Part shown: in pieces, positions 41,687-51,656 of the stretch
Position numbering within the stretch: the first letter of the stretch is position 1
Layout of the letters: each line of letters begins with the position of its first letter
IMG/VR virus record: IMGVR_UViG_3300046047_000272
DNA length: 64,000 nucleotides
Source of the DNA: a virus
Taxonomy: Duplodnaviria; Heunggongvirae; Uroviricota; Caudoviricetes
Direction: 5' to 3' (one strand)
Notes under the pieces: generated by a model
What the model was told of the DNA's origin: nothing
What the model saw: only the letters and a program-made list of their open reading frames with translations
Database searches by the model: none
Program-made: the position numbers and the translations under genes

Positions 41687-42344
41687 TGATTCTGCGCATA
41701 TGCCAGATAGGAGGAGACGCCATAGACGTGATCGTGGCGTCTCCTCAGCTGATTATCTTCCAGATCATGTGACGCCAGCGAGGCGAACATGGCTCCAGTA
41801 TGGCTGGATTCTGAAAACAGCCATAGGATGCATGATCATTATGGTCATCTTCGGATTCTATACGGTTCCCAGTGGTAGCATGGAGCCGACACTCCATGTC
41901 GGAGACACGTTTATTGGCGTTCGACGAGTCGCTGGATTGCCGTCACTGCATCGTGGTGACGTTATCGTATTTAAGGACGATGCTGGGTGGATGAACGGTG
42001 AGCCATCTCAGGGCGAACGACTCGTCAAGAGGTTGATTGGACTGCCAGGAGACACCGTATCATCTACTGATGGCCTGAATCTCTACGTGAACGGTCACCT
42101 CATTCACGAGCCGCAAATCAAGACCAGTGCAGATGGTCGCATTGTCTTCAACGTCAAAGTGACCAGTGGTCATCTGTTCGTGTTAGGAGATAATCGAGGG
42201 AACTCGTCAGATAGTCGATACCATCTCACTGAGCATCATGGGCTCATTCGTGAATCATCAGTAGAGGCCATCTTGCTACTGCGTATTCGACCAGTGACCA
42301 ACATCACAACGGTTAAAGGACTACATGATGTCTACGAGCAATGA
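41652..42344 (+). CDS. lepB: signal peptidase I
   Basis: TM then VPSGSMEPTL (catalytic Ser), LVKRLIGLPGD (catalytic Lys), FVLGDNRGNSSDSR. Confidence 0.95.
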   Translation: MPIRTKQTQRSSDSAHMPDRRRRHRRDRGVSSADYLPDHVTPARRTWLQYGWILKTAIGCMIIMVIFGFYTVPSGSMEPTLHVGDTFIGVRRVAGLPSLHRGDVIVFKDDAGWMNGEPSQGERLVKRLIGLPGDTVSSTDGLNLYVNGHLIHEPQIKTSADGRIVFNVKVTSGHLFVLGDNRGNSSDSRYHLTEHHGLIRESSVEAILLLRIRPVTNITTVKGLHDVYEQ

Positions 42345-42549
42345 GCATCTTTCAGCACATGACTTTGACGCCATCAAGGACCACGATGGTCTGCCTCTAC
42401 GATTAGTAAGATCACGTGAAGCGGCCGCTAAGACGTTCCGTGGTCGGAGTAACAAATGGTATTCTGCTAGGGATGTGGACAATTTCATGAAAGCCGTCAC
42501 TCGTACATTGTCATGGTATGAGCACGATTATCATAACAAACCTTCGTAA
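42325..42549 (+). CDS. DivIVA-domain-like small protein
   Basis: KTFRGRSNKWYSARDVDNFMKAV resembles the DivIVA N-terminal F...GY...EVD.FL motif. Confidence 0.6.
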   Translation: MMSTSNEHLSAHDFDAIKDHDGLPLRLVRSREAAAKTFRGRSNKWYSARDVDNFMKAVTRTLSWYEHDYHNKPS

Positions 42550-42830
42550 ACAACGGACTATATTAGTATGTTAAGGTATAATATGGTTATATAAACAGGA
42601 AAACGGAGGAAACATGAAGGAACCGCCCAAGTACCTGAAACCACGCGAGTACGCCAACCTCATGGGAATAGGATACAGAACAGCCATAGCAAGATTCAAA
42701 GGCGGCGCGCCTGTGGTCGCGTCGCCGCAGCGTGTACGCAGAACTATTAGTCCTGATCGAGCGTTGTCCCCGGAAGGGGTGCTGCCTGTAGGTTCATTAC
42801 TGGTCAATGACCAGTAATGACAGCTTCAGG
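42550..42830 (+). mobile_element. internally deleted IS607-family-like remnant
   Basis: AT-rich leader; ORF 42614 starts LKPREYANLMGIGYRTAIARFKGG like the IS607 TnpA MerR-type HTH, then loses similarity; perfect palindrome CATTACTGGTCA-A-TGACCAGTAATG at 42795-42819; boundaries approximate. Confidence 0.5.
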
Positions 42831-42882
42831 TAACCATCAGAATCATCGCGAGGACAAGCCTATATCGTGATATCCTCACTAT

Positions 42883-43635
42883 ATGCACGATCAAGTATCA
42901 TCAAATCCATCATTAGGCGCTAGCGTTCAGGATCTCTCTAAAAGCTATGGTGATGGCGTCGCCAGAGTTGTTGCCGTTGATCATGTATCCACATCATTCG
43001 ACGCTGGTCAAATGACGACTATTCTCGGTGCATCGGGTTCTGGTAAATCGACATTACTGCATTGTATGGCTGGATTTGACATGCCAGATACTGGAACATC
43101 AACCCTCTGTGGCGTCCACGTACAGGATTTGAATCCCAATGATCGAGCAGTTTTCAGGAGGACCACACTTGGCTTCATCTTCCAACAACATGGTCTTATC
43201 CCCATACTAACCTGCCGTGAAAACATTTTACTCTCATCATCATTATCAAATCGTGCATTTGATAATGATCGATTCGATGACATCGTCCAACGATTAGGAC
43301 TATCAGATCGATTAGAGCATCTACCATCAGAATTATCTGGTGGTCAGCAACAGAAAACGGCTATTGCTAGAGTCATGATGCAACGACCATCGATTCTCCT
43401 TGCAGACGAGCCAACTGGTTCACTTGATGTCGAATCATCACATGAAGTGTTATCCTTACTTCGTGGTATGGTTGATGATCTTGGCATTACCATGATCATG
43501 GTGACGCATAGTATCGACGCGGCCTTATTATCCGATGTTAGCGTCATCATATCAGATGGGCACATCACTGATCGATTAGAACATCCTGATAGGAACGCCT
43601 TATTAGACGCTATGCGGAAGGACGTTACGGCATGA
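42883..43635 (+). CDS. ABC transporter ATP-binding protein (LolD/MacB-like)
   Basis: GASGSGKST, LSGGQQQ, LLADEPTG, MVTH. Confidence 0.95.
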   Translation: MHDQVSSNPSLGASVQDLSKSYGDGVARVVAVDHVSTSFDAGQMTTILGASGSGKSTLLHCMAGFDMPDTGTSTLCGVHVQDLNPNDRAVFRRTTLGFIFQQHGLIPILTCRENILLSSSLSNRAFDNDRFDDIVQRLGLSDRLEHLPSELSGGQQQKTAIARVMMQRPSILLADEPTGSLDVESSHEVLSLLRGMVDDLGITMIMVTHSIDAALLSDVSVIISDGHITDRLEHPDRNALLDAMRKDVTA

Positions 43636-45584
43636 TTATTCCACATACGTCGAGATTCACTGGTATCACAAATAGCATTGACACGTGGATGCTCCGTCGA
43701 CGATCAAAGAAAGATGCTCATCGGCCATTGTCCCGTCAATCGTTAATGATCCTGGTTTTCTTGAGAAGGCTCTGGGTCAGTAAGAGTCGATATATGAGTA
43801 TGATCACAGCAGTGTTCTTCGGTGTGGTAGCGGCCACGATAGCATTAACGATGAATATTGGTGAGACCTCTAATGTCCAGTATGCCTTCTGGTTCGCGGC
43901 CATAGCGTCAATCATCACTGGCATTGTCAATATCAGACAAACAATCACCGTAGCATCGATAGAAGCTCAGGATGATCATCATCTCCTCATGTTGATGGGT
44001 CTGCATCCAGGATCATTACGATGGATCATTCGATGCCAAGCACTCGTCTCAGGATGTATAGGATCAACGTTAGGCGTTACCATAGGATTAGCCTTAACGT
44101 ATAGTCTAACACCAAAGCTAGCGTCAATGGGTATTGATGAGGTGGCCAACGCTACTGTAGATGCAAGCGGATGGAGAATAGGACTTGCTGTTCTTGGAGG
44201 ACTAGTATCAACATTAATAGCCGCCTGGGGTCCATCACGAAGGGCTACAGTATCAACTATTACTCGTCATCGACGGTTCTCTCCTGTGATTATGACGAGT
44301 ATTGGCATTATCATGATGTCAATTGGTGTGATTATCAGTATCTATACGACTGAGTATCAATGGATGTTCACATCAGTCGTGATGGTCATCCTAGGAGCAT
44401 ACGTCTCCTTCCCATCAATCTTCACTGGCTGTCTATTAGGTCTTCGAGCCATCACTGCATCATGGCATATGCCGAGTCTAAAACTCGCTGTAAGATCGCT
44501 CGCGGCGAGGAAGTCGTCAGCGGTGTCAGTTGCCTTAGCTTTTACCGTAGGTGTCATGTTCCTAGGAGCAATAACCGTCATAGGATCCTGGTCGAGTGAA
44601 GCCGATTCTGAATCAGCGGCGTTAGAGTATCATGGTACGCTCAAAATCAACAACTTACTGACAGGATCAACGCCGCAGGCATTTAGGGACAGTGATGTTC
44701 AAGACTGGGCGGAGATGTCCGATGTCCAGAGCGTCTACACCCTCCAGGGAGAATCACTCGATGTAGCCTCCTCGTCATCGTCCTCTTCGGTGTTCCTCTA
44801 TCGAATCCATCCATATCACAAGACGTCAAATCCATTCCAGGATCTCTTCATCGGACATCCTGAGGCGGCCAAAGCGTTCTCTAATGGTGAGATTATCATT
44901 GGATCGAAGGATGCTAAACGATATGGATTCCATGTTGGCGACCAATTAACGATTAAGAATACCACGACGAATGCTTCTCAACAACTACGTATTGGCTATG
45001 TCATCGATGGATACATCACTACTGGATTATACATCAATGACGCTAAGTATCCTATTGATCACGCTACAAGTGCTTATATCGTTGCTAAGCCAGATGTCAA
45101 CACGCATGATTTCATCACACGATGGGTGAATACCTATGGAGACGACTATCTTGGACAGAATCAATTAGATCGTGTGAGACAATGGGGAACAAGTGCTCTT
45201 AAAACCATGCTTGTAGAGTATGCGGCCGCATCATTGGTCATTACGGTGAGTGTCCTAGGGTTAATGACGATGATGGCTCTTACCATCATGCAGAGGAAGA
45301 GGGAATTAGGATTGTTGTCAGCGTATGGTTATGCTGATAGCATGTTGAAACGATCATTATGGATTGAGGGCATGCTCATTACCGGTGTATCTGGTCTATA
45401 TGCGACCATTATTGGCTCAGTTATTGGCGTCATTATTGGTCAGAGTATGATGGCTGCAGGATCAATACCAATCATGTTATTATCCTGGTTGGTCATTGCA
45501 TCAATCATTATGGGTCTTATGAGCTCGATCATACCCGGTGCGGTTGCCGTTCGTCATGGAGCTACTGAGTTACGAGACGAGTGA
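43632..45584 (+). CDS. FtsX-like ABC permease
   Basis: Multiple TMs with duplicated FtsX pattern; QRKRELGLLSAYG; coupled to the ATPase gene. Confidence 0.85.
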   Translation: MIIPHTSRFTGITNSIDTWMLRRRSKKDAHRPLSRQSLMILVFLRRLWVSKSRYMSMITAVFFGVVAATIALTMNIGETSNVQYAFWFAAIASIITGIVNIRQTITVASIEAQDDHHLLMLMGLHPGSLRWIIRCQALVSGCIGSTLGVTIGLALTYSLTPKLASMGIDEVANATVDASGWRIGLAVLGGLVSTLIAAWGPSRRATVSTITRHRRFSPVIMTSIGIIMMSIGVIISIYTTEYQWMFTSVVMVILGAYVSFPSIFTGCLLGLRAITASWHMPSLKLAVRSLAARKSSAVSVALAFTVGVMFLGAITVIGSWSSEADSESAALEYHGTLKINNLLTGSTPQAFRDSDVQDWAEMSDVQSVYTLQGESLDVASSSSSSSVFLYRIHPYHKTSNPFQDLFIGHPEAAKAFSNGEIIIGSKDAKRYGFHVGDQLTIKNTTTNASQQLRIGYVIDGYITTGLYINDAKYPIDHATSAYIVAKPDVNTHDFITRWVNTYGDDYLGQNQLDRVRQWGTSALKTMLVEYAAASLVITVSVLGLMTMMALTIMQRKRELGLLSAYGYADSMLKRSLWIEGMLITGVSGLYATIIGSVIGVIIGQSMMAAGSIPIMLLSWLVIASIIMGLMSSIIPGAVAVRHGATELRDE

Positions 45585-45587
45585 CGA

Positions 45588-45902
45588 TTAGTCATCAGTC
45601 TCTTTAGATGAGCAGGCCTTTCGTTGCAATGACGGTGATGGCTTCATCTTCACTACTCTTCTTGGAGGAAGATCAATTGATGCTCCGCGAGTGGGGACAT
45701 AGGCTTTCCGCTGATCTTGCTCCGCCACGCTAATAGTCCCTAATCCACTGATCTTCACGCTCTTACCCTCACTCAGAGCGTCTGCAGACGATGCTACCAG
45801 AGCCTCGATGACCTTATTCACGAGATATCTGCTAACATTAGCCGTCTCAGCCGTTCTCTTGACGAGTTCCTTACTATTCACATAATCTTTCATACATGAC
45901 AT
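45588..45902 (-). CDS. hup: HU/IHF-like DNA-binding protein
   Basis: NSKELVKRTAE...ALSEGKSVKISGLGTI...RRVVKMKPSPSL. Confidence 0.9.
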   Translation of the reverse strand: MSCMKDYVNSKELVKRTAETANVSRYLVNKVIEALVASSADALSEGKSVKISGLGTISVAEQDQRKAYVPTRGASIDLPPRRVVKMKPSPSLQRKACSSKETDD

Positions 45903-45931
45903 AATATCATCATCTTCTCAAGATTGGTATA

Positions 45932-46576
45932 TTGATGTACATGATGACGAATATGATAAATCCTCAATACGATGATGCTCCCCATCATCAAGAGCCACCA
46001 ATACGAACTGGAACCTATGATCAATTATCGAATCGGAGGATCCTATGGCTTGGTGTTGAAGTCAACGATGATATTTGTAACGATCTCGCCGCTAAGATGC
46101 TCCTACTAGGCCAAATGAACAATGATCCCATCTGGTTGTTCATCAATTCTCCCGGTGGTTCAGTCACGGCGGGATTCGCCCTGTACTCCATGATGCAGGC
46201 CGTGTCAGCACCAGTCTACACGATCGGCGTCGGCCTCTGCGCGAGTATGGGTCAATTCCTCCTATCATCTGGTGATCCTGGACACCGATTCATCTTTGAA
46301 GACACCAGAGTCCTCATGCACCAGCCCTCCGGTGGTGTGGGCGGCACACAGACAGATGTGCGCATTGACGCTGATCTTATCCTCGATATGAAACAACGAT
46401 TGGGCGAATTGACGGCTCAGCAGACGGGTCATACCCTCAAGAAGATCTATAAGGACAACGAGTATGATCACTGGTATTCAGCCGTGGAGTCACGCAATTA
46501 TGGGTTCGTTGATCATGTGGTCACAACCATTGCTGACATTAACACGATCATCGAAGAGGAGCACGCAGAGAAATGA
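45932..46576 (+). CDS. clpP: Clp protease proteolytic subunit, catalytic triad intact
   Basis: INSPGGSV, CASMGQFLL (Ser), LMHQP (His), YDHW (Asp). Confidence 0.95.
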   Translation: MMYMMTNMINPQYDDAPHHQEPPIRTGTYDQLSNRRILWLGVEVNDDICNDLAAKMLLLGQMNNDPIWLFINSPGGSVTAGFALYSMMQAVSAPVYTIGVGLCASMGQFLLSSGDPGHRFIFEDTRVLMHQPSGGVGGTQTDVRIDADLILDMKQRLGELTAQQTGHTLKKIYKDNEYDHWYSAVESRNYGFVDHVVTTIADINTIIEEEHAEK

Positions 46577-47199
46577 ACAATTATCGAGTATTACCAAGAC
46601 TCTATAAGCGTCTTGAAAGCGGAGAGATGATAGCCATTGATCCCTATGATCGTCTCTATGAGGATCGAGTCGTCTTCCTCAGCCCCGTCATTGACGCTAT
46701 AACGGCGAATGACGTCGTATCTCAACTCCTCGCCTTAGAGGCTGATGATCCCGCAAGAGACATCATCCTCTATATCAACTCGATCAGTGGATACTCCCCA
46801 GACATGACCTCAATCATCGATACGATGGAGTACATCAAACCAGATGTACAGACGATGTGTCTGGGAAGCGCTGAGCTTGGATCAGCATTAATCCTGGCCG
46901 CAGGAACCAAAGGCAAACGCTATATCTTACCGAACGCTATGGTCACATTGCACCAACCCACGACCCATGGTGAATCAGGCAAAGCCACCGCGTTAGAGGT
47001 CTTTGCTCAGCAACTTGATCATTCACGACGATGGATGGAGGGCACCCTCTCACGATTAACCGGCCAGCCAGTAGACAAAGTCCATAAGGACATTGAGTAC
47101 AATACGATCCTCATGGCTCAAGACGCTGTAGACTATGGCATCGTGGATCACATCATCAATCCTCAGCATCAGACTCATCTGAGTGACGCCAAGCAGTAA
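46573..47199 (+). CDS. clpP: ClpP paralog predicted inactive (ClpR-like)
   Basis: PDVQTMCLGSAELGSALILAAGTKGKR: nucleophile Ser aligns to Leu; EYN replaces ERD; LHQP retained. Confidence 0.85.
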   Translation: MNNYRVLPRLYKRLESGEMIAIDPYDRLYEDRVVFLSPVIDAITANDVVSQLLALEADDPARDIILYINSISGYSPDMTSIIDTMEYIKPDVQTMCLGSAELGSALILAAGTKGKRYILPNAMVTLHQPTTHGESGKATALEVFAQQLDHSRRWMEGTLSRLTGQPVDKVHKDIEYNTILMAQDAVDYGIVDHIINPQHQTHLSDAKQ

Positions 47200-47273
47200 C
47201 ACGCCAGTCGTCACGCGACCAAGATCTGTGATACAATAATCGTAATCGATCATCGAAAGGAAGGAATGACCGT

Positions 47274-47732
47274 ATGAGCATACAGGAAGCCATACACGCC
47301 AACATGATTGAGGCGATGAAGGCTAAGGACAAGGGTCTGAAGACCATGTGGGCAACACTACTGTCCTCGTTGCAGAATGAAGAGAAGAGTGGTAAGAACC
47401 CTCACGAGTTCAACGATGCTGAAACCATCGTCTTCCTGAAACGACAGATCAAGCAGAGGGATAAGTCTGCAGCTGAGTACGCTAAGGTTGGCTCCACCAA
47501 GCAGGCCGAGTCAGAGCGTCGTGAATCTGAGAGGATCGCCACGTTGCTTCCAGCGTCTGAGCAGCAGAGGGATCGTCTTCAGTCCGAGGCTCTTACTATT
47601 CGATCTCAAGCCGATGGCCGTTCATTCGGCGCGGTGATGAAGGCTATTAAGACCGGTAACGATTTCACTGAGACACATCATGTGGTCATTGACGACCAGG
47701 GTCACGCTGGTATCGTCGATACTCGCAGTTGA
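47274..47732 (+). CDS. GatB/YqeY-domain protein
   Basis: MIEAMKAKDK...LLSSLQNEEK...FLKRQIKQRDKSAAEYAKVG...LLP...FGAVMK. Confidence 0.85.
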   Translation: MSIQEAIHANMIEAMKAKDKGLKTMWATLLSSLQNEEKSGKNPHEFNDAETIVFLKRQIKQRDKSAAEYAKVGSTKQAESERRESERIATLLPASEQQRDRLQSEALTIRSQADGRSFGAVMKAIKTGNDFTETHHVVIDDQGHAGIVDTRS

Positions 47733-47818
47733 TGCATCACGCTGACTCGCTATTAGTATTCCGCGGGTCAGCATCTGAGTCCTTCTATTAATACAGGAAC
47801 ACAGGAAGCGTTTCATCT

Positions 47819-48193
47819 ATGGACAAAGATCACGTATTGGCGCAACCATCACGAAGATCGTTGCGTAAGACCGCTAGCGTCAGTGCGCATCATGATCCCT
47901 TGGTTGATGAGATGTCAGACAGGCTTTTAGATGTTCTAGAGGCCGCTGATCAGCGTCCGGATGAGCAGTCATACATTCTGTATGCTGACATTCAGCGCAT
48001 CTCAAGGGAATATGCTGATCAGCAGAATACGAGCATCAAATACATATTGTCTGCTGTACAGAAGGCGTTGGATGATGTCAGGACGCAGGACTCCGAGCCC
48101 TCCTGTCTTCCAGAGGATGTGTGCTGTCTGATCAGCAGGCTTACATGGATAGTGAAGGATGGTGATCGTAGGTCCATGACTGACCATGACTGA
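47819..48193 (+). CDS. hypothetical protein
   Basis: 124-aa ORF in the operon direction. Confidence 0.6.
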   Translation: MDKDHVLAQPSRRSLRKTASVSAHHDPLVDEMSDRLLDVLEAADQRPDEQSYILYADIQRISREYADQQNTSIKYILSAVQKALDDVRTQDSEPSCLPEDVCCLISRLTWIVKDGDRRSMTDHD

Positions 48194-48488
48194 CACGTTA
48201 CAGCATCGGTGTCCTCAATTAATGATGAGTCCAGATCATACTGGCGTCATCCTGAATGATCTGTCAGCTAGTAATACCACAATGATGATACTGACAATAC
48301 TCATCGTTGCCTTGATTATTCTAAGCGTGTCGTATGTGGCCTGCTTAGTGTTAGCAATGTCTAAGCCTACGCATGATGTGACTCTTCATATCGTTCGAGA
48401 CAGTATTCTCTCTAGTCGTCATGGTTGTTATGGGTATGCTGACGGTCGTGGGCACCATGCCAACGGAGGGCACATTATCAATGAATAA
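48186..48488 (+). CDS. small membrane protein
   Basis: One long hydrophobic segment. Confidence 0.55.
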   Translation: MTDTLQHRCPQLMMSPDHTGVILNDLSASNTTMMILTILIVALIILSVSYVACLVLAMSKPTHDVTLHIVRDSILSSRHGCYGYADGRGHHANGGHIINE

Positions 48489-48717
48489 TGCACGACGTGT
48501 TGTTCACGCCTACTCGTATTCGCTCACGGATATCGGTGGCTCAGATGCTCGTCAGCGTATTGGCACATTCATCAACGATCTGACGCAGGAGCAGTTGACG
48601 AGTGATCATGAAACGAAGACGACGATACTTATCCATAAGCATAGTTTTGTGGTGAGTGTTCGCAGTGGCCAAGCGTCGATTATGAAGGATGGATCGTTAA
48701 TCAAGCCACAAATATAG
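48421..48717 (+). CDS. hypothetical protein
   Basis: GGAGG RBS before MNNARRVV (internal start). Confidence 0.55.
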   Translation: MVVMGMLTVVGTMPTEGTLSMNNARRVVHAYSYSLTDIGGSDARQRIGTFINDLTQEQLTSDHETKTTILIHKHSFVVSVRSGQASIMKDGSLIKPQI

Positions 48718-48752
48718 AAGACATGATATTTCGTTCTGTCATACATCAGATA

Positions 48753-48853
48753 AGATCTAGTTAGGCTCAGAACATGAGTAAAAATTCATGTTCTGAGCCT
48801 ATTAATATTGGCACTGGCTGTAAAAGCCCTCAGATGATACGTTATACTAGATG
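48753..48853 (+). repeat. 101-bp intergenic hairpin element, copy 3 (between convergent genes)
   Basis: Same arms and 3' block as 10179. Confidence 0.95.
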
Positions 48854-48880
48854 AGCCGTTAATCGCCACTAGACCCCAGA

Positions 48881-49228
48881 TTAGAAGGCAAGGTCATAGT
48901 AGAAGTTTCGATCTCCGATAGTTGCTCTGAATGGCTGATTCATAATCTTCCATCCTTTCTTACCATGAATCAGAATGCTTTCCTGCGCGCCCTTGACGGT
49001 TGTGATGGATCGAGCGTTCCCCGATCCATCCTGGATGACATCATCGTAAGTGAAGGCTACACGATGCTTAGAGATGATTCGAGTAATGGTACCAACCTGT
49101 CTATCTGATCCTATGGAGATGGTGACGCCCATACCAATTCGTGGCTGCTGTTCCTGTGACTTCTGAACCATCATGACAATCCCTTTCCTACGTGAAGAAG
49201 ATGTGACATAATCATTATATATCGGCAT
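48881..49228 (-). CDS. hypothetical phage-type protein
   Basis: PRIGMGVTISIGSDR...IGDRNFYYDLAF; likely start MMVQKS. Confidence 0.65.
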   Translation of the reverse strand: MPIYNDYVTSSSRRKGIVMMVQKSQEQQPRIGMGVTISIGSDRQVGTITRIISKHRVAFTYDDVIQDGSGNARSITTVKGAQESILIHGKKGWKIMNQPFRATIGDRNFYYDLAF

Positions 49229-49339
49229 TCACGTCCTGTCAGCACGGCGTGTCTATCAGTGAATACGATGAGATAGATGGCATTATGTGAAATACTGTTC
49301 TTATGTTACAATGAAATTAAATGTATAGGAGGATGAGTC

Positions 49340-50719
49340 ATGAGCTCTAAGGGAACGAAGCGTTGCGGACTGAACACCGACACGAATACTTGGGAGATCT
49401 GCAAGGCTAAGCCAGGAAACGAAGGCAAATATCGCTGTCATCATGGTCAACATGACGATCTAACGGTTCATGAGCTTGATCGTCGTAATGAGGAGGCAGC
49501 TCGTCAGTCCTCAGTCAAGAAGAGCCTGAAACGGCCATCATCGGTGTATGCATCGTATACCAGTGATGTGAAGCAGCGATTGTACCAGGAACTCACTGAG
49601 CAAATCCATAGGGAATGGAACGGTGAGACGCTCAATGGTCATGAGAATGTGCTGGTCTTCCCGCAATTCGCCGAGGAGGATCAACAATTCCTGTATGCTG
49701 AGGACGATCCAACAAGCTTCGCCGTGTATCAATCCGTTAAAGCGGCGAGGACTGCTGACGATTTGCATCGTATTGTGCATTCCGATCTACCCGATGGCGC
49801 TGTGGTCATCGCCTACAAGGAGGCTAGCTCGCATGGCGCCATCGACCTACCATTAGATGACGCTAAAGCCGTCATGGAGGCATCTAATAGAGCTATCGGT
49901 GGACTGACGATCATAAGGAACATGGATCAGCGCGTCGATATCTTTGACGATCAGAGGGCATCCTTCTCTGACGCAGATCTCATGGATATGGCCGCATCGC
50001 ATCCATCATCAGAGATTTCCACAAGATCTATCAGAGAGCTCATTGATAGGGGTCAGGAAGACCAGCTGATCAATGCCGTCCCGGCCAATCCCGATATGGC
50101 TAGGTCTGTTATCAAGTCTGATTATGCTACGATTATCAGATCGTCGACATTCGACGATCTGCACATATCAAAGCGCATGTTGAATGCATCCATCCTGTCC
50201 GTCAATGGTCATGTCCTGCAGAACGAGCATGATATTGACGCTTGCTCGAAGTATTATGGCAAGGCCTTGTCATCACCAGTCATCACGAAGGCGGCCGCTG
50301 ACGCATCGGCTCAGGCCGTGGCCTCGATCATTGATGAGCGGGATCAGGGTGATCACGATATCCGAGTCAACGATCTAAGAAGTAAGAGCATCGTGTCGTA
50401 TGCCCAGCGGAAGAATCCGGATCAGAAGATCATGCGTCAACTCTTTGCCCACGGAGATTTCTCCAATTATCATGAGGAGTCCAATGACCATTATGATGAT
50501 GAGCCAGAATACTCGATGACGGGAACGGATATGAAGGCCCTGGTCTACGGCGTGAAGAGCAAGTCATTACCACCAGAGAGAATCATGAGTCTCTCGGAGA
50601 ACGATCATGAGAAGGCACAATTATTCCTCCAGTCTAGTGCTCGTACAGCATTAGATCCAGCCACAAGAGCATCGTTGAGGAAGCTCGTCAAGCATGATAG
50701 CCCATACAGTACATTATGA
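49340..50719 (+). CDS. protein with N-terminal Cys/His module
   Basis: NTWEICKAKPGNEGKYRCHHGQH; AGGAGG RBS. Confidence 0.75.
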   Translation: MSSKGTKRCGLNTDTNTWEICKAKPGNEGKYRCHHGQHDDLTVHELDRRNEEAARQSSVKKSLKRPSSVYASYTSDVKQRLYQELTEQIHREWNGETLNGHENVLVFPQFAEEDQQFLYAEDDPTSFAVYQSVKAARTADDLHRIVHSDLPDGAVVIAYKEASSHGAIDLPLDDAKAVMEASNRAIGGLTIIRNMDQRVDIFDDQRASFSDADLMDMAASHPSSEISTRSIRELIDRGQEDQLINAVPANPDMARSVIKSDYATIIRSSTFDDLHISKRMLNASILSVNGHVLQNEHDIDACSKYYGKALSSPVITKAAADASAQAVASIIDERDQGDHDIRVNDLRSKSIVSYAQRKNPDQKIMRQLFAHGDFSNYHEESNDHYDDEPEYSMTGTDMKALVYGVKSKSLPPERIMSLSENDHEKAQLFLQSSARTALDPATRASLRKLVKHDSPYSTL

Positions 50720-50721
50720 TC

Positions 50722-50990
50722 TGCATCGGGTTATGCTCCTCACGATGATCAGCGTCATAGGAAAGGACTGACCGGGGATATCAGCAACAAGCTCCCAGGA
50801 GTCTAGCACTATCATAGATAGAATATTCCATCAGAGCGGGTTCAAGGCCAATCCTTTCACCAAGACGATCCAAGGGATTGATCCGTATATCCGATCAGTC
50901 CTCCTAAAAGGTATCATCGATAAGACGATGATAGACAGCGGTTGCAGCCTGTATGATAGATTGGCCACATCGGCATTATATGCCGGGAGA
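50722..50990 (+). ncRNA. group I intron-like structured RNA, intergenic
   Basis: Interleaved helices AGGACTGA(50764)/TCAGTCCT(50895) and GGCCAATC(50846)/GATTGGCC(50959) give the P3/P7 pseudoknot; GGTTCAA before P7-5' and ATGATA before P7-3'; P8-like TATCATCG/CGATGATA; P9-like CGGCA/TGCCG; ends approximate. Confidence 0.55.
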
Positions 50991-51118
50991 ATATCGGCTT
51001 TAGGCAGAATTATAGTTCATTGTATCTAGCTGAGCAGTATCGTCCATTGTATCGTTTGGTCATCATCGGGATACCAACGACATGACTACTAAATTCGAAT
51101 TACTATGATCGAGGTAGC

Positions 51119-51577
51119 ATGGGCGTTAAGGACATCATGCCGATCGTCAAGTCCTCAATAGGCTCATTTGATCTCATTGATGTCTATGAGAATGTGCTAG
51201 TTGAAGATCATGCTGAAGATAATATGTTGAATAGCGATTTTGACCTACGGTGTCATATCCCTGACATGACATTGATACTTATTCCTGATATGAATGATAT
51301 TGGTTTAGATCCATTGTTCATCGTGATGGATAGATCGTCAGAAGGTTTTGACGAGATGCGCAACGCCATCATCGGAGAATTCGCACTGATGTGGTCATTA
51401 CGACAATGTGACAGCATCAGCAATCGTCTTTACGACATGTGTAAGCAGTATCCTGACGTGTACACGGAGGACGCCCTCAACGCCATTGTCGACACGGCCG
51501 CATCATGTTATCGGGAATTAGAACCAGAGGACGCGGAAATTCGACAGCAGATTCCCGAGACAACCCAATGGGAGTGA
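51119..51577 (+). CDS. hypothetical protein
   Basis: 152 aa, GAGGT RBS. Confidence 0.65.
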   Translation: MGVKDIMPIVKSSIGSFDLIDVYENVLVEDHAEDNMLNSDFDLRCHIPDMTLILIPDMNDIGLDPLFIVMDRSSEGFDEMRNAIIGEFALMWSLRQCDSISNRLYDMCKQYPDVYTEDALNAIVDTAASCYRELEPEDAEIRQQIPETTQWE

Positions 51578-51656
51578 ACGATGTCGAGAATCGATACCAG
51601 TTGCTCGATTACTGCAATCACCATGATAGACAACGATCTACGCGTCGTACAGCTTT

